A stretch of DNA of 64,000 bases from the IMG/VR virus record IMGVR_UViG_2645727704_000002, positions 25,773 through 89,772 of that record; one strand, given 5' to 3'. Shown piece after piece: positions 52,755 to 62,865 of the stretch. Made by a program: the position numbers and the translations under genes. Under the pieces are notes generated by a model, which did no database searches, had not been told where the DNA came from, and worked only from the letters and a program-made list of their open reading frames with translations. This stretch comes from a virus. How positions within the stretch are numbered: the first letter of the stretch is position 1; every line of letters starts with the position of its first letter.

Positions 52755-54235
52755 GCGTCAGCTTCAACACCATTCCCAGCGACCTGCGAGTGCCGCTGTT
52801 CTACACCGAGATGGACAACAGCCAGGCCAACACTGCCAGCAGCCCGCTGGTGCGCCTGATCCTCGGCCAGGTCAACGACGATGCGACCGCGCCTGAAATC
52901 GGCAAGCTGACTCTGGTGTCGAGCCAAAGCCAGGCAGCGCAGATCGGCGGGCTCGGCTCGATGCTGGCCGACATGTACGAGACCTGGCGTCGAAGCGATC
53001 CTGCCGGCGAGGTCTGGTGCCTGCCGATCAAGACCACCGGCACCAAGGCCTCCGGCAAAGTCACCATCACCGGCACGGCCACGGTCGGCGGGCAGATCAG
53101 CCTGTACATCGCCGGCGATCGCGTGCGCGCCACCGTGGCGAGCGGCGGTACCGCCACGGCGGCAGCTGCTGCGCTGGTCGCGGCAATCAACGCCGCGGGT
53201 CTGGCCCTGGTGGCTACGGCCGAGGCGGGCGTGGTGACGCTGACCTGCCGATGGTCCGGTGTGAGCGGTAACGACATTCAGTTGGAGCTGAACCGCCTGG
53301 GCGTCGGTGGGGGCGAGTCCACCCCGAATGGCCTGACCGTAACCCTGGCTGCCATGGCCGGCGGCGTGGGCACGCCTGATGTCACGCTGGCGCTGGCGGC
53401 CCTGGGCGATGAGCCTTTCGAATTCATCTGCGCGCCTTGGGCGGACACTGCTTCGCTCAATGCGTGGCGCTCGTTCATGGACGAAAGCAGCGGGCGCTGG
53501 AGCTGGGCGCGTCAGTTGTACGGCCATGTTTACACCGCGTTGCGCGGTACGCTGGGCGAACTGGTGGCCGTGGGCACCACGCGCAACGATGCGCACATGA
53601 CCATTTACGGCTTCGAAAAGACCAGCCCCGACCCAGTCTGGCGTCAGGCCGCTGCCTACGCGGCGCGAACGGCGGTGTTCATCTCGGCCGACCCGGCCAG
53701 GCCGACCCAGACGGGTGAGCTGGTGGGTATCACGCCGGCACCGGCAGGCACGCGTTTCATCCTGACCGAGCGGCAATCGCTGCTCAGCCACGGCATCGCC
53801 ACTGGTTACAGCTCAGGCGGCGTGCAGCGCATCGAGCGGGGCATCACCACTTACCAGACCAACGCACTGGGCCAGGCCGACAACTCCTACCTGGACAGCG
53901 AGACGCTGCACCAGTCGGCGTATGTCATCAACGCGCTGAAAACCCGGGTGACCAGCAAGTATGGCCGGCACAAGCTGGCCAACGACGGCACGCGCTTCGG
54001 TGCTGGCCAGGCCATCGTCACGCCGAGCGTGATCCGCGCCGAGCTCATTGCAGGCTACTACGCCCTCGAAGAGCTGGGCGTTGTGGAGAACGCCGAGGCC
54101 TTCGCCAAGTTCCTGGTGGTGGAGCGCTCGAGCACCGATCCCAACCGGGTCAACGTGCTGTATCCGCCGGACTTGGTCAACCAGCTGCGTGTGTTCGCGC
54201 TGCAGTACCAGTTCCGCCTGCAGTACTCGGTCTGA
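52751..54235 (+). CDS. Tail sheath protein (Mu gpL-like)
   Basis: IPSDLRVPLFY.EMDNS.A, ITTYQTN, PPDLVNQLRVFA. Confidence 0.95.
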   Translation: MSVSFNTIPSDLRVPLFYTEMDNSQANTASSPLVRLILGQVNDDATAPEIGKLTLVSSQSQAAQIGGLGSMLADMYETWRRSDPAGEVWCLPIKTTGTKASGKVTITGTATVGGQISLYIAGDRVRATVASGGTATAAAAALVAAINAAGLALVATAEAGVVTLTCRWSGVSGNDIQLELNRLGVGGGESTPNGLTVTLAAMAGGVGTPDVTLALAALGDEPFEFICAPWADTASLNAWRSFMDESSGRWSWARQLYGHVYTALRGTLGELVAVGTTRNDAHMTIYGFEKTSPDPVWRQAAAYAARTAVFISADPARPTQTGELVGITPAPAGTRFILTERQSLLSHGIATGYSSGGVQRIERGITTYQTNALGQADNSYLDSETLHQSAYVINALKTRVTSKYGRHKLANDGTRFGAGQAIVTPSVIRAELIAGYYALEELGVVENAEAFAKFLVVERSSTDPNRVNVLYPPDLVNQLRVFALQYQFRLQYSV

Positions 54236-54289
54236 CCCAACTATTCACCCCAGCCCGCCGCATGCGGGCTTTTTTGTGGGAGACGCCCC

Positions 54290-54637
54290 ATGGGCAAGAA
54301 AGTCGCGGGTACCGCCTACATCAAGGCGGACGGTACCCAATTCACCACCACCGGCGGCGCCGAGGCACCGCTGAGTAGCACCAAGCGCGAAACCGTCGCA
54401 GTGGGCTTTTTCAAGGAAGAAGATCGGGTGCCTTTCATCAAGGCCACGGTGGTCAATGACCCCGATCTGCCCATCGACAAGATCATGAACGCCACCGATC
54501 AGACCGTAACGTTCGAGTTCGGCAACGGCACAACCTACGTTCTGTCCGGGGCCTACATCGTCGACGAGCCGATCGCTAAGGGCGATGACGGCACGATCGA
54601 TCTGAACTGGGAAGGCACCAAGGGGGTATGGCTGTGA
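54290..54637 (+). CDS. Tail tube protein (Mu gpM-like)
   Basis: KVAGTAYIKADG; follows sheath. Confidence 0.88.
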   Translation: MGKKVAGTAYIKADGTQFTTTGGAEAPLSSTKRETVAVGFFKEEDRVPFIKATVVNDPDLPIDKIMNATDQTVTFEFGNGTTYVLSGAYIVDEPIAKGDDGTIDLNWEGTKGVWL

Positions 54638-54975
54638 AGTTTCTATTGAATGCTCCAATCAATGCGCATGGCGCTGAAATCGATGAGCTGACCCTGCGCC
54701 GCCCTACGTCGCGCGAAGCGCAAAAAATCCGCGCCTTGCCCTACAAGCTCGACAAAGACGAAGCGGTCTGTCTCGATCTCGATGCGGTGGCCAAGTACGT
54801 CGTGGTGTGCACGGGTATTCCGCCAAGTGCTGTCGATCAGTTGGATTTGAATGACCTCAATCAACTTGGCTGGCAGATCACCGGGTTTTTTATGACGCCG
54901 GCGTCGAAAGCACTGACCAACTTGTCGCAGCCGCCTACGACCTCGCCTGGTTCTGGCGAACCGACCCTGAACTGA
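54628..54975 (+). CDS. Tail assembly chaperone (Mu gp41 / P2 E-like)
   Basis: ELTLRRPT, VDQLDLND motifs. Confidence 0.8.
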   Translation: MAVKFLLNAPINAHGAEIDELTLRRPTSREAQKIRALPYKLDKDEAVCLDLDAVAKYVVVCTGIPPSAVDQLDLNDLNQLGWQITGFFMTPASKALTNLSQPPTTSPGSGEPTLN

Positions 54976-55064
54976 TGATGGGGCGCACTCTCGACGTGCT
55001 GATCGAGTCGTGCGCCCAGAGTCAACGCATCTCCAGCGCGCTGAGGGAAGAGGACGATGGCTGA
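54883..55064 (+). CDS. -1 frameshift extension of tail chaperone (P2 E'-like)
   Basis: GGG TTT TTT at 54883-54891; -1 frame reads YDAGVESTDQLVAAAYDLAWFWRTDPELMM... to TGA 55062-55064. Confidence 0.7.
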
Positions 55065-56970
55065 TAAATTCCAACTCAAGGCGCTGATCACTGGCGTCGA
55101 CAAGCTGTCGCCCACCCTGCAGGGCGCACGCAAGAACATCGCAGCGTTTCGCAAGAACCTTGAAAGCACGGGGCTGGGGAAGATCGGCTTCCGCGATATC
55201 GTCACCGGCGGGGCAATCGCTGCCCCGTTCATTGCCGGCGCAAAGGCTGCAATCGATCTCGAGTCGCAAATGGCTGATGTGCGCAAGGTGGTCGATTTTG
55301 ACACCCCTGAGCAGTTCAAGCAGATGGGCGACGACATCGTTCGCCTCACTGACACGCTGCCAATGGCTGCCACCGATATCGCCAAGATCGTTGCCGCCGG
55401 CGGCCAGTCCGGCATCGCCCGCAAAGAACTGCTGGGCTTTGCCGAATCGGCAGTCAAGATGGGCGTGGCGTTCGACCAGACTGCAGATGAAAGCGGCAGC
55501 ATGATGGCCAAGTGGCGCACTGCGTTTCGTATGACGCAGGGCGGCGTGGAGGAGCTGGCTGACAAGATCAACTATCTGGGCAATACCGGTCCAGCCACTA
55601 ACAAGCAGATATCCGACATTGTCACCCGCATCGGCCCGCTGGGCGAGATTGCCGGTCTGGCGTCAGGGCAGATCGCGGCCTTGGGAGCGACGATGGCCGG
55701 TGTGGGCATTGAGCAGGAAGTTGCCGCAACCGGTATCAAGAACTTCATGCTCGCTATGACCAAAGGATCGGCGGCGACCAAGGCTCAGGCCACCGCCTTC
55801 AAGTCGCTTCGGCTTGATTCCAAGCAGGTGGCCAAGGACATGCAGAAGGATGCGCAGGGCACGGTACTGAATATCCTGGAGCGGATTGGCCGGGTCGATA
55901 AAGACAAGCAGGCTGGGGTGCTTTCCACCCTGTTCGGTACCGAGTCCATCAGCGCGATTGCACCGCTGCTGACCAACCTGGAACTGCTCAAGAGCAACCT
56001 CAAAAAGGTGGGCGACTCGAGCCTGTACGCGGGGTCGATGCAGAAAGAGTTCGCAGCAAGAGCGGCCACGACCGAGAACAACTTGGGCCTGCTGAAAAAT
56101 GGCGTGATGAGTAATGCCATTGCGTTGGGCAACGCGCTGCTGCCAGGCATCAATGCGGTGGTCGATCAGATCCGGCCATGGCTGACGCAAGTGTCGAAGA
56201 TGATCAGCGAGAACCCGAAGCTGGTTCAGGGTATTGCTGCTGCTGGTATCGCCTTCACTGCCCTGCGCGGCGCAGTCTTTGCGGCCGGCGTTGCCGCCAG
56301 AATCATGGGCCTGGCATTCGCAGCCACACCTGTGGGGCTGATCGCTGTCGGCATCGCGGCGGCGGCGGGACTGATCATTGCCAACTGGGAAAAGGTCGGC
56401 CCTTTCTTCACGGCACTGTGGGACCTGATCAAGGCCTACACCAAGCCGTTCATGGAATTCATGGGGAAGCTCTTCGACTGGAGCCCGATGGGGCGGATCA
56501 TCAAGAACTGGCAGCCGATCACGGCCTACTTCAAAGGTCTGTGGGAGAAGGTCAAGCCCTACGTCATGCCGCTGTTCAAGCTGTTCGGCTACGAAGAAGG
56601 GAAGGGCCTGACCGAGAACGTACAGCGGATGGCCCAAGAGCAGCGAGCACGCAATGCTGGCGATCGCCGCGGCACCGGCGAGTTGCTTGCGTTTGACGCA
56701 GGTGCTGTTGCGAAAATTCGCCTCGACGAAAACTCGCGTGCATTCGGCATCGACAACCGTGCGCTGCTGCAGGCGCCTGGCCAACTGCCCGCGCCTGGCT
56801 CGCTGCTGCGTCAGTCAACAGCCACCAACAAGACTCAACTGGATGGGGAGCTGCGGGTGCGTTTCGAAAATCCGCCTGCAGGCATGCGCGTCGAGTCCAC
56901 GCGCACCAGCCAGCCGGGCGTCACCGTAAAGGCCAAGGTGGGCTATCGGACCGTGGGGAATGAGTCATGA
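55057..56970 (+). CDS. Tape measure protein (TP901-like core)
   Basis: ESQMADVRKVVDF, LADKINYLGN, LFGTES motifs. Confidence 0.92.
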   Translation: MADKFQLKALITGVDKLSPTLQGARKNIAAFRKNLESTGLGKIGFRDIVTGGAIAAPFIAGAKAAIDLESQMADVRKVVDFDTPEQFKQMGDDIVRLTDTLPMAATDIAKIVAAGGQSGIARKELLGFAESAVKMGVAFDQTADESGSMMAKWRTAFRMTQGGVEELADKINYLGNTGPATNKQISDIVTRIGPLGEIAGLASGQIAALGATMAGVGIEQEVAATGIKNFMLAMTKGSAATKAQATAFKSLRLDSKQVAKDMQKDAQGTVLNILERIGRVDKDKQAGVLSTLFGTESISAIAPLLTNLELLKSNLKKVGDSSLYAGSMQKEFAARAATTENNLGLLKNGVMSNAIALGNALLPGINAVVDQIRPWLTQVSKMISENPKLVQGIAAAGIAFTALRGAVFAAGVAARIMGLAFAATPVGLIAVGIAAAAGLIIANWEKVGPFFTALWDLIKAYTKPFMEFMGKLFDWSPMGRIIKNWQPITAYFKGLWEKVKPYVMPLFKLFGYEEGKGLTENVQRMAQEQRARNAGDRRGTGELLAFDAGAVAKIRLDENSRAFGIDNRALLQAPGQLPAPGSLLRQSTATNKTQLDGELRVRFENPPAGMRVESTRTSQPGVTVKAKVGYRTVGNES

Positions 56971-58226
56971 GCGAGTGGCGCGACCTGAGGCGGGAGGCCT
57001 CATTCCGCGGCGTGCAGTTCTGGGTCGACAGCGACAGTGTGCCGGTCGGGCGCCGTACCCACATCCATGAATACCCCAAGCGTGACCAGCCCTCGGTAGA
57101 GGACATGGGCAGACGCACGCGGGAGTTCAAGTTTGCCGGCTTCATTGTGGGCGGTGACTTCATCGCCCAGCGCGACCGGCTGCTGGCCGCGTTGGACACG
57201 CCTGGACCCGGCGAGCTGGTGCACCCGTGGTTCGGCCGCCTAATGGTCACCGCCGGTGACTGCGAGGTCTCGCATGCTCGCAACGAGCTGGGCATGGTGC
57301 GTTTCAGTCTGGTGTTCATCGATGGTGCTGCGGCCTTCCCAGTGCAGACGGTCAACACCCGCCGGCAACTGGCGGCGCAGGTGCCGACCCTGCTGGAATC
57401 GATCGAGGCGCGGTTTGCAAGCGCTATGGCTCTGGTGGACAGTGTGAGGCTACGGGTCAATGCCGTGCGCAGGGCGATTTCCAGCGCCTACGCATTCGCC
57501 ATCACCTGCCTCAGCCCCATGACATCGTTGTTCACCGACCTGAGCAGCCTGGTCTACTCGGTGATCAATGCGCCCGGCGCTTTAGCGGCCAGCCTGCTCA
57601 GCGACATTGCCAGCGTCGAGCGAGCGTTCACCGGCTATGGCTCGACCGGGTCACTGCACAAGGCAAAGATCACGGGACAGGCAATCAGCGATCTATCCGA
57701 GCAATCACCGACTGCCGATGACCCCGATGTCGCTGCGCTACAGGCGGCGTTGATCGGGCTGCTGCAGGATGCCGCGTTGCTGGACTTGCTACTGGACATG
57801 GCCGAGGTGCCCATCGCTGTGGCTCAGAGTGTGGAACAGCCTGCTGCATTGAGCATTCAGCTCGAACAGGAAGGCTCTACCACCGAAGCTGGCGCGACAG
57901 CAGAAGCCGGCGTCCCTGTGGCCGATGATGTGCTGGCAGTGCGTGACGCGATCAGCGACGCCATGTGGGTAATTGCCGGAGAAAGCCAGCCCGAGCACTT
58001 CGGCGTGATCAGCGATGCGCGACTGGCGCTCGATCGCCACCTGACCCAGGTGGCGCGCAGCGGCGTCTGGCTGCGCACGTTCAGGCCCCGAGAAACCGTG
58101 TCATCACTGGTGCTCGCGCACAAACTCTACGGCGATGCCATGCGCGGCGCTGAAATCGTCTCTCGCAACGCCATCCGCCACCCAGGCTTTGTGCCTGCCA
58201 CCGAGCTGCAAGTCGCCAAGAGTTGA
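56967..58226 (+). CDS. DNA circularisation protein (Mu gpN-like)
   Basis: ASFRGVQF, HEYPKRD..EDMGR, GPGELVHPWFG; C-terminal LAHKLYGDA.R..EI..RN.I.HPGF. Confidence 0.9.
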   Translation: MSEWRDLRREASFRGVQFWVDSDSVPVGRRTHIHEYPKRDQPSVEDMGRRTREFKFAGFIVGGDFIAQRDRLLAALDTPGPGELVHPWFGRLMVTAGDCEVSHARNELGMVRFSLVFIDGAAAFPVQTVNTRRQLAAQVPTLLESIEARFASAMALVDSVRLRVNAVRRAISSAYAFAITCLSPMTSLFTDLSSLVYSVINAPGALAASLLSDIASVERAFTGYGSTGSLHKAKITGQAISDLSEQSPTADDPDVAALQAALIGLLQDAALLDLLLDMAEVPIAVAQSVEQPAALSIQLEQEGSTTEAGATAEAGVPVADDVLAVRDAISDAMWVIAGESQPEHFGVISDARLALDRHLTQVARSGVWLRTFRPRETVSSLVLAHKLYGDAMRGAEIVSRNAIRHPGFVPATELQVAKS

Positions 58227-58229
58227 TCC

Positions 58230-59339
58230 ATGCAACCAGAAAACGAGGTCACCCTGAGCGTCGGGGGGCATGACTATGGCGGCTGGCTGGACGTAAGCAT
58301 CAGCGCCGGTCTCGAACGCCAGGCGCGGGACTTCACTGTTGGGGTCACTTGGCAGTGGCCAGGCAGCAGCGAAGTCCCGGTTCGCATCGAGCAGGGTGAG
58401 GCCGTCGAAGTCCGAATCGGCGCCGACCTGCTCATCACAGGCTATGTCTTCAGTACGCCGATCAGCTACGACAGCAAGATGATCAAGCTGAGCATTGCCG
58501 GTAGGTCCAAGACGGCCGATCTGGTGGACTGCGCCGCGATCAACTCGCCGGGGCAATGGCGCGGGCAGAGCGTGCAGAAGATCGTCGAAGCGCTCGCCGG
58601 CGAATATGGCATCAAGGTCATCAACCAGTCAGCCACCACCCTGGGCCTGGATGATCACACCATCGAACCAGGCGAAACTGCGTTCGAAAGCATCGATCGG
58701 CTACTGAGCCTGTCGCGTCTTTTCAGCACGGACGACGGCCAGGGCCGGCTGGTCATGGCGTCGCCGGGCGCCGCCGGAAGGGCAGTGGACCGGCTGGTGC
58801 TTGGAGAGAACATCCTCAATGCCGACACCGAGCTGGATTTCTCTAGCGTCTACTCGGAATACATCAGCCGCGGCCAGCGCAAGGGCACCGATGATTCGTT
58901 CGGTACCCAGGCCACAGAGGTGAAAGCCAGCGTCAAGGACGAGCGGGTTAAGCGCAGGCGCGTGAAGGTGATCTACCAGTCCGGCCAGATGACGACCAAG
59001 ATGGCGCGCGATCGTGTGGAGTGGGAACGCGGCAACGCCATGAGCCGCGCCATGCTGGTCAACTACGTGGTCAAGGGCTGGCGCCAGAGCAGCGGGGAGT
59101 TGTGGCGGCACAACATGATCGTGCGCGTGGTCGACCCACTGATCGGCCTGGACCGCGACATGCTGATCATCGAGATCAAGTACGAGCTCACCGAGGCAGG
59201 CACCCTGGCCAAGATGGCGCTCGCGCCGCCTGATGGTTTCCTGCCCGAGCCGAACGACGCCTACGAGCGGCGCAAGCTCAAAAAGGGCAAGAATACCGAC
59301 AACTTCGAATACCTCATTCCTGCGGACTACAAGCCATGA
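58230..59339 (+). CDS. Baseplate hub (Mu gpP-like)
   Basis: YGGWLDVSI, GRSKTADLVDCAA. Confidence 0.9.
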   Translation: MQPENEVTLSVGGHDYGGWLDVSISAGLERQARDFTVGVTWQWPGSSEVPVRIEQGEAVEVRIGADLLITGYVFSTPISYDSKMIKLSIAGRSKTADLVDCAAINSPGQWRGQSVQKIVEALAGEYGIKVINQSATTLGLDDHTIEPGETAFESIDRLLSLSRLFSTDDGQGRLVMASPGAAGRAVDRLVLGENILNADTELDFSSVYSEYISRGQRKGTDDSFGTQATEVKASVKDERVKRRRVKVIYQSGQMTTKMARDRVEWERGNAMSRAMLVNYVVKGWRQSSGELWRHNMIVRVVDPLIGLDRDMLIIEIKYELTEAGTLAKMALAPPDGFLPEPNDAYERRKLKKGKNTDNFEYLIPADYKP

Positions 59340-59848
59340 GAAAGATGATTACCGGGGCGCTCGCCCGGGGCGTGGTCGTGCTCGCCGACTCGGCGCGCAA
59401 GCTGCAGAGCCTGCAGATGCGTCTGACAGCCGACGAGGTCAAAGACGACATGGAACACCTTGAACCCTACGGCTTCACCTCCAGCCCGCTGCCTGGTGCC
59501 GAGGGCCTGGCCGGGTTCATTGGTGATCGCAGCCACGGCGTGGTCATCGTGGTTGCTGATCGTCGGTACCGTCTGGCCGGCCTGCAGGGCGGCGAGGTGG
59601 CCATCTACACCGACGAGGGCGACAAGATCCACCTCAAGCGCGGGCGTGTGATCGATATCGAGACAGGCACGCTCAATGTCCGGGCGCAGGATTCGGTGAA
59701 TTTCGAAACGCCGCTGATCACGGCCACCGGCCGTATCGAGTCGACCGGTGACCAGATCGCCGGCGGCATTAGCCAGATCAACCACGTCCACACGACCGTC
59801 AAGTCGGGCAACGAACAGTCCGGCGCGCCGGCGGGCGGTGGCGATTGA
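59336..59848 (+). CDS. Baseplate spike (Mu gp45 / gpV-like)
   Basis: EHLEPYGFTSSP, GEVAIY, C-terminal HVH. Confidence 0.88.
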   Translation: MRKMITGALARGVVVLADSARKLQSLQMRLTADEVKDDMEHLEPYGFTSSPLPGAEGLAGFIGDRSHGVVIVVADRRYRLAGLQGGEVAIYTDEGDKIHLKRGRVIDIETGTLNVRAQDSVNFETPLITATGRIESTGDQIAGGISQINHVHTTVKSGNEQSGAPAGGGD

Positions 59849-60231
59849 GCCGCGAGGCGCTGCTGCGCCGGGCGGTCACCATCAGCCTGTTCACCTGGCG
59901 CCGGGCTGAAGCCGACGATGCGCTGGACGACACCGACCGAAAAGGCTGGTGGGGCGACTGCACACCGACCGTGACCGGCGACCGCATCGGCTCGCGCCTG
60001 TGGCTGCTGCAGCGGCGCACCATCACCGCGCAGACCCTGCGCGATGCGCGGGAGTACGCCGAAGAAGCGCTGGCCTGGCTAATCGACGACGAGATCGTCA
60101 CCGCCGTCACGGTCACGGTCGAGCGGCAGGATAACGAACGGGTGAACCTGCGCGTGACGCTGACCGAGCAAAACGGCGAGACCCTGCAACTGGTCTTCGA
60201 GGACACATGGAGCCTGATCAATGCCGTATGA
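59845..60231 (+). CDS. Baseplate protein (Mu gp46-like)
   Basis: AVTISLFT, GWWGD, GSRLWLLQR. Confidence 0.88.
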   Translation: MSREALLRRAVTISLFTWRRAEADDALDDTDRKGWWGDCTPTVTGDRIGSRLWLLQRRTITAQTLRDAREYAEEALAWLIDDEIVTAVTVTVERQDNERVNLRVTLTEQNGETLQLVFEDTWSLINAV

Positions 60232-61264
60232 AATTCCAACCCTGCCGGTGCTGATCCAGCGTACTGAGGCAGATTTCGAGCGCAATGCCCCGGATGCGTT
60301 GCGCAGGTCGGACGCCAAGGTCGCGGCCAGGGCGCTCAGCGGTGCGGCCTATCAGCTGTTCGGCTACCAGAACTGGGTGGCCAGGCAAGCCCATCCGGCG
60401 ACCTGCGATGACGAGCAGGTTTTGTTGTGGGCGGACTGGCGCCTTGAAGAAGGCCGCAAGCCAGCCGTAGCAGCTACCGGCCTGGTAGGCGTGACCGGGT
60501 CTTCCGGGTTCCTGGTCGACGCCGGGGTCGTCTATCAGGCTGATGACGGGCGTCGTTACGTGGTGGTTGTAGGTGCAACGTTGGTCAATGGTGCAGCCCA
60601 AGTGCAAGTGGCGTCGGAAATGCTCGGCCCGGAGGGCAACATCCAGGCTGGCGAGCTCACTACCGTCACTCCGGTGCTTGGCGTCAATCCACGGGCGGTC
60701 ATAGACGTCGATGGCATCACTGGTGGCGCTCATCAGGAGGACATCGAGGCGCTGCGCGGGCGCGTGCGGGCAGCCTTCAAGAACCCCAGCAAAGTGGGCA
60801 ACGCCGATGACTTCGAGGAGTGGGCGCTGGAGGTACCTGGAGTCACGCGCGCCTGGGCACTTCCGCGATGGCTGGGGCCGGGTACGTTCGGCCTGACCTT
60901 TGTCTGCGACGGGGACGTGGACATCTTTCCTACCGAGGCAAAGGTGGCAGAGGTTCAGGCGTACCTTGAGCGCAAGCGACCAGTGACCAGCGAAGTGTAT
61001 GTGTTCGCTGCACAGCGCCTGGACGTTAATCTGCGCCTGCGACTGGTGCCAGATACCACGACGGTCCGTCAGGCCGTCGAGAAAGCACTGGCAGACCTGA
61101 TCAGCGACGTGGGCGGGGCTGGTTCGGTCATCCCGCTCACGCATATCCAGGCGGCCATCAGCAATGCCCCTGGCGAAACGGATCACCGACTGGAAACGCC
61201 AACCGACGATGTGAGCGTGGCGCGCAACCAGGTCGCTGTGCTGGGGGCGATCACATGGCTATGA
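60221..61264 (+). CDS. Baseplate J-like wedge (Mu gp47)
   Basis: DFEEWALEVPGVTRAW..GPGT. Confidence 0.9.
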   Translation: MPYEIPTLPVLIQRTEADFERNAPDALRRSDAKVAARALSGAAYQLFGYQNWVARQAHPATCDDEQVLLWADWRLEEGRKPAVAATGLVGVTGSSGFLVDAGVVYQADDGRRYVVVVGATLVNGAAQVQVASEMLGPEGNIQAGELTTVTPVLGVNPRAVIDVDGITGGAHQEDIEALRGRVRAAFKNPSKVGNADDFEEWALEVPGVTRAWALPRWLGPGTFGLTFVCDGDVDIFPTEAKVAEVQAYLERKRPVTSEVYVFAAQRLDVNLRLRLVPDTTTVRQAVEKALADLISDVGGAGSVIPLTHIQAAISNAPGETDHRLETPTDDVSVARNQVAVLGAITWL

Positions 61265-61896
61265 CCGAAGACGATTACAGGGAGGGTCTGCGTGGGCTGA
61301 TGCCACCGGGCCCGGCTTTCGACCCAGGTCTGCAGCCTGACGTGGCTCAACTGTTGGCCGGCCTCGCGCCAGAGCTGGCCAGGGTTGACCAGGCGCTGGA
61401 CGCTCTGCAACTGGAGATGAATCCGGCCACTGTCGATGCCCTGCTGACCGACTGGGAGGCTTATTTGGGCTTGCCGGATGCCTGCACGGTGCCGGGCTCC
61501 CAGACCGTAGAGCAGCGCCGTCAGGCGGTGATCGACAAGCTGACAGCCTCGGGCGCTCCCCAAGTGGCGTATTACAAGCGCAGGGCAAGGCAGTCAGGCG
61601 TGGTGGTCACCATCGATGAGTTTCGCCCGGCCAGAGTCGGACCAACCGTCGCCGGCGGGTTTCTGTACGGCGGTGCCTGGTCTTGGGCCTGGCTGGCGTC
61701 CGCGCCGCTAGCGGCCTATGGCACGCCGCAAGGCGCTGCGATGGAGTGCCGCCTGCGCCTTGAGGCGCCGGAGTACACCGATGTCGAGATCGGCTATGGG
61801 AAAGCCGAAGCCGAGCGAATCGCAGCGCACGTCGATCAGCTTTTCACCGCAATTCATTATGTGATGCCGGCCGCTATTGCCGGCCTCGAGGATTAA
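61255..61896 (+). CDS. Baseplate wedge protein (DUF2313 / Mu gp48-like)
   Basis: LMPPGPAF, LLTDWEAYLGLPD. Confidence 0.85.
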   Translation: MAMTEDDYREGLRGLMPPGPAFDPGLQPDVAQLLAGLAPELARVDQALDALQLEMNPATVDALLTDWEAYLGLPDACTVPGSQTVEQRRQAVIDKLTASGAPQVAYYKRRARQSGVVVTIDEFRPARVGPTVAGGFLYGGAWSWAWLASAPLAAYGTPQGAAMECRLRLEAPEYTDVEIGYGKAEAERIAAHVDQLFTAIHYVMPAAIAGLED

Positions 61897-61898
61897 CT

Positions 61899-62810
61899 AT
61901 GCAACGGATTTCCAGCTGGACCGACTTGGTGGCCGCGTTTGGCCGTTTTCGCTATGGGTCGGTGGTCGGGGGCGTGGCCCCTACACCGATTCAGGCCGAA
62001 TGGCTAAACATGGTGCAGGAGGAAATCAGCAACGTGGTACTGGCTGCGGGTATCGAGCTGCGCGCTGATCAGGAAAACCAATTACAGCAGGCCATTGCAC
62101 AGATGCTGTCCGGCTACCTGCCCCTGACCGGCGGCACGCTGACTGGGCTGCTTAAGGCCACCAAAGGCGTACGCGTGGCCAAAGGCATGCCACTGGCCGG
62201 AAACGCCAGCCTGGTTGGATATGGTTTCGCCGGGGACGGTGACACCGGACTCTACGCGACAGGAGGGAACGATGACGACGGCTCTGCCGTTGTGGTGGTG
62301 GTCGATGGCGTTGAGGTGTTGCGATTGAAAAGTGACGGCACCCTGACCATCGCCGGCTCCCATGCGCCGTACCACACCGGCAACAAGCCGGCGATGCTGG
62401 CTGTGGTGTACCCCGTGGGATCGATCTACATGAACGCAAGCGACGCTACCAATCCGGCAGTTCTGCTGGGTTTCGGCACTTGGGTAGCGTTGGGCACAGG
62501 CCGGATGCTGATGGGTGTTGGCAGCGGAAACGATGTTCGCGGTCAGGCCAAGTCATTTGAGCTTGGCGAGACTGGAGGCGAGTACGAGCACGCGCTCTCA
62601 ATCGCTGAGATGCCGCAGCACGATCACAAAATGCCGCAAGGCAGCGTTGTACCAGAGGGGGAGACTGGGCCCATCTACAGCTCAGGTGATGACGCGACGC
62701 ACTCTCCCGAGGCGGGTGAGCAACCGTCTAGCGGCAAGTCCGGTGGCGGACAGGCACATAACAACTTGCCACCTTACTTGGCCGTGCACATGTGGAAACG
62801 CGCCAGCTAA
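61899..62810 (+). CDS. Short tail fibre / adaptor protein
   Basis: AEWLNMVQEEI...QLQQAI fibre N-terminus; YPVGSIY...GTW...GRMLMGVG and HNNLPPYLAV C-terminus. Confidence 0.7.
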   Translation: MQRISSWTDLVAAFGRFRYGSVVGGVAPTPIQAEWLNMVQEEISNVVLAAGIELRADQENQLQQAIAQMLSGYLPLTGGTLTGLLKATKGVRVAKGMPLAGNASLVGYGFAGDGDTGLYATGGNDDDGSAVVVVVDGVEVLRLKSDGTLTIAGSHAPYHTGNKPAMLAVVYPVGSIYMNASDATNPAVLLGFGTWVALGTGRMLMGVGSGNDVRGQAKSFELGETGGEYEHALSIAEMPQHDHKMPQGSVVPEGETGPIYSSGDDATHSPEAGEQPSSGKSGGGQAHNNLPPYLAVHMWKRAS

Positions 62811-62865
62811 GGGATGAACCTTCATTGCACCCGCTACGGCGGGTTTTTTTATGCCCGGAGGCATG

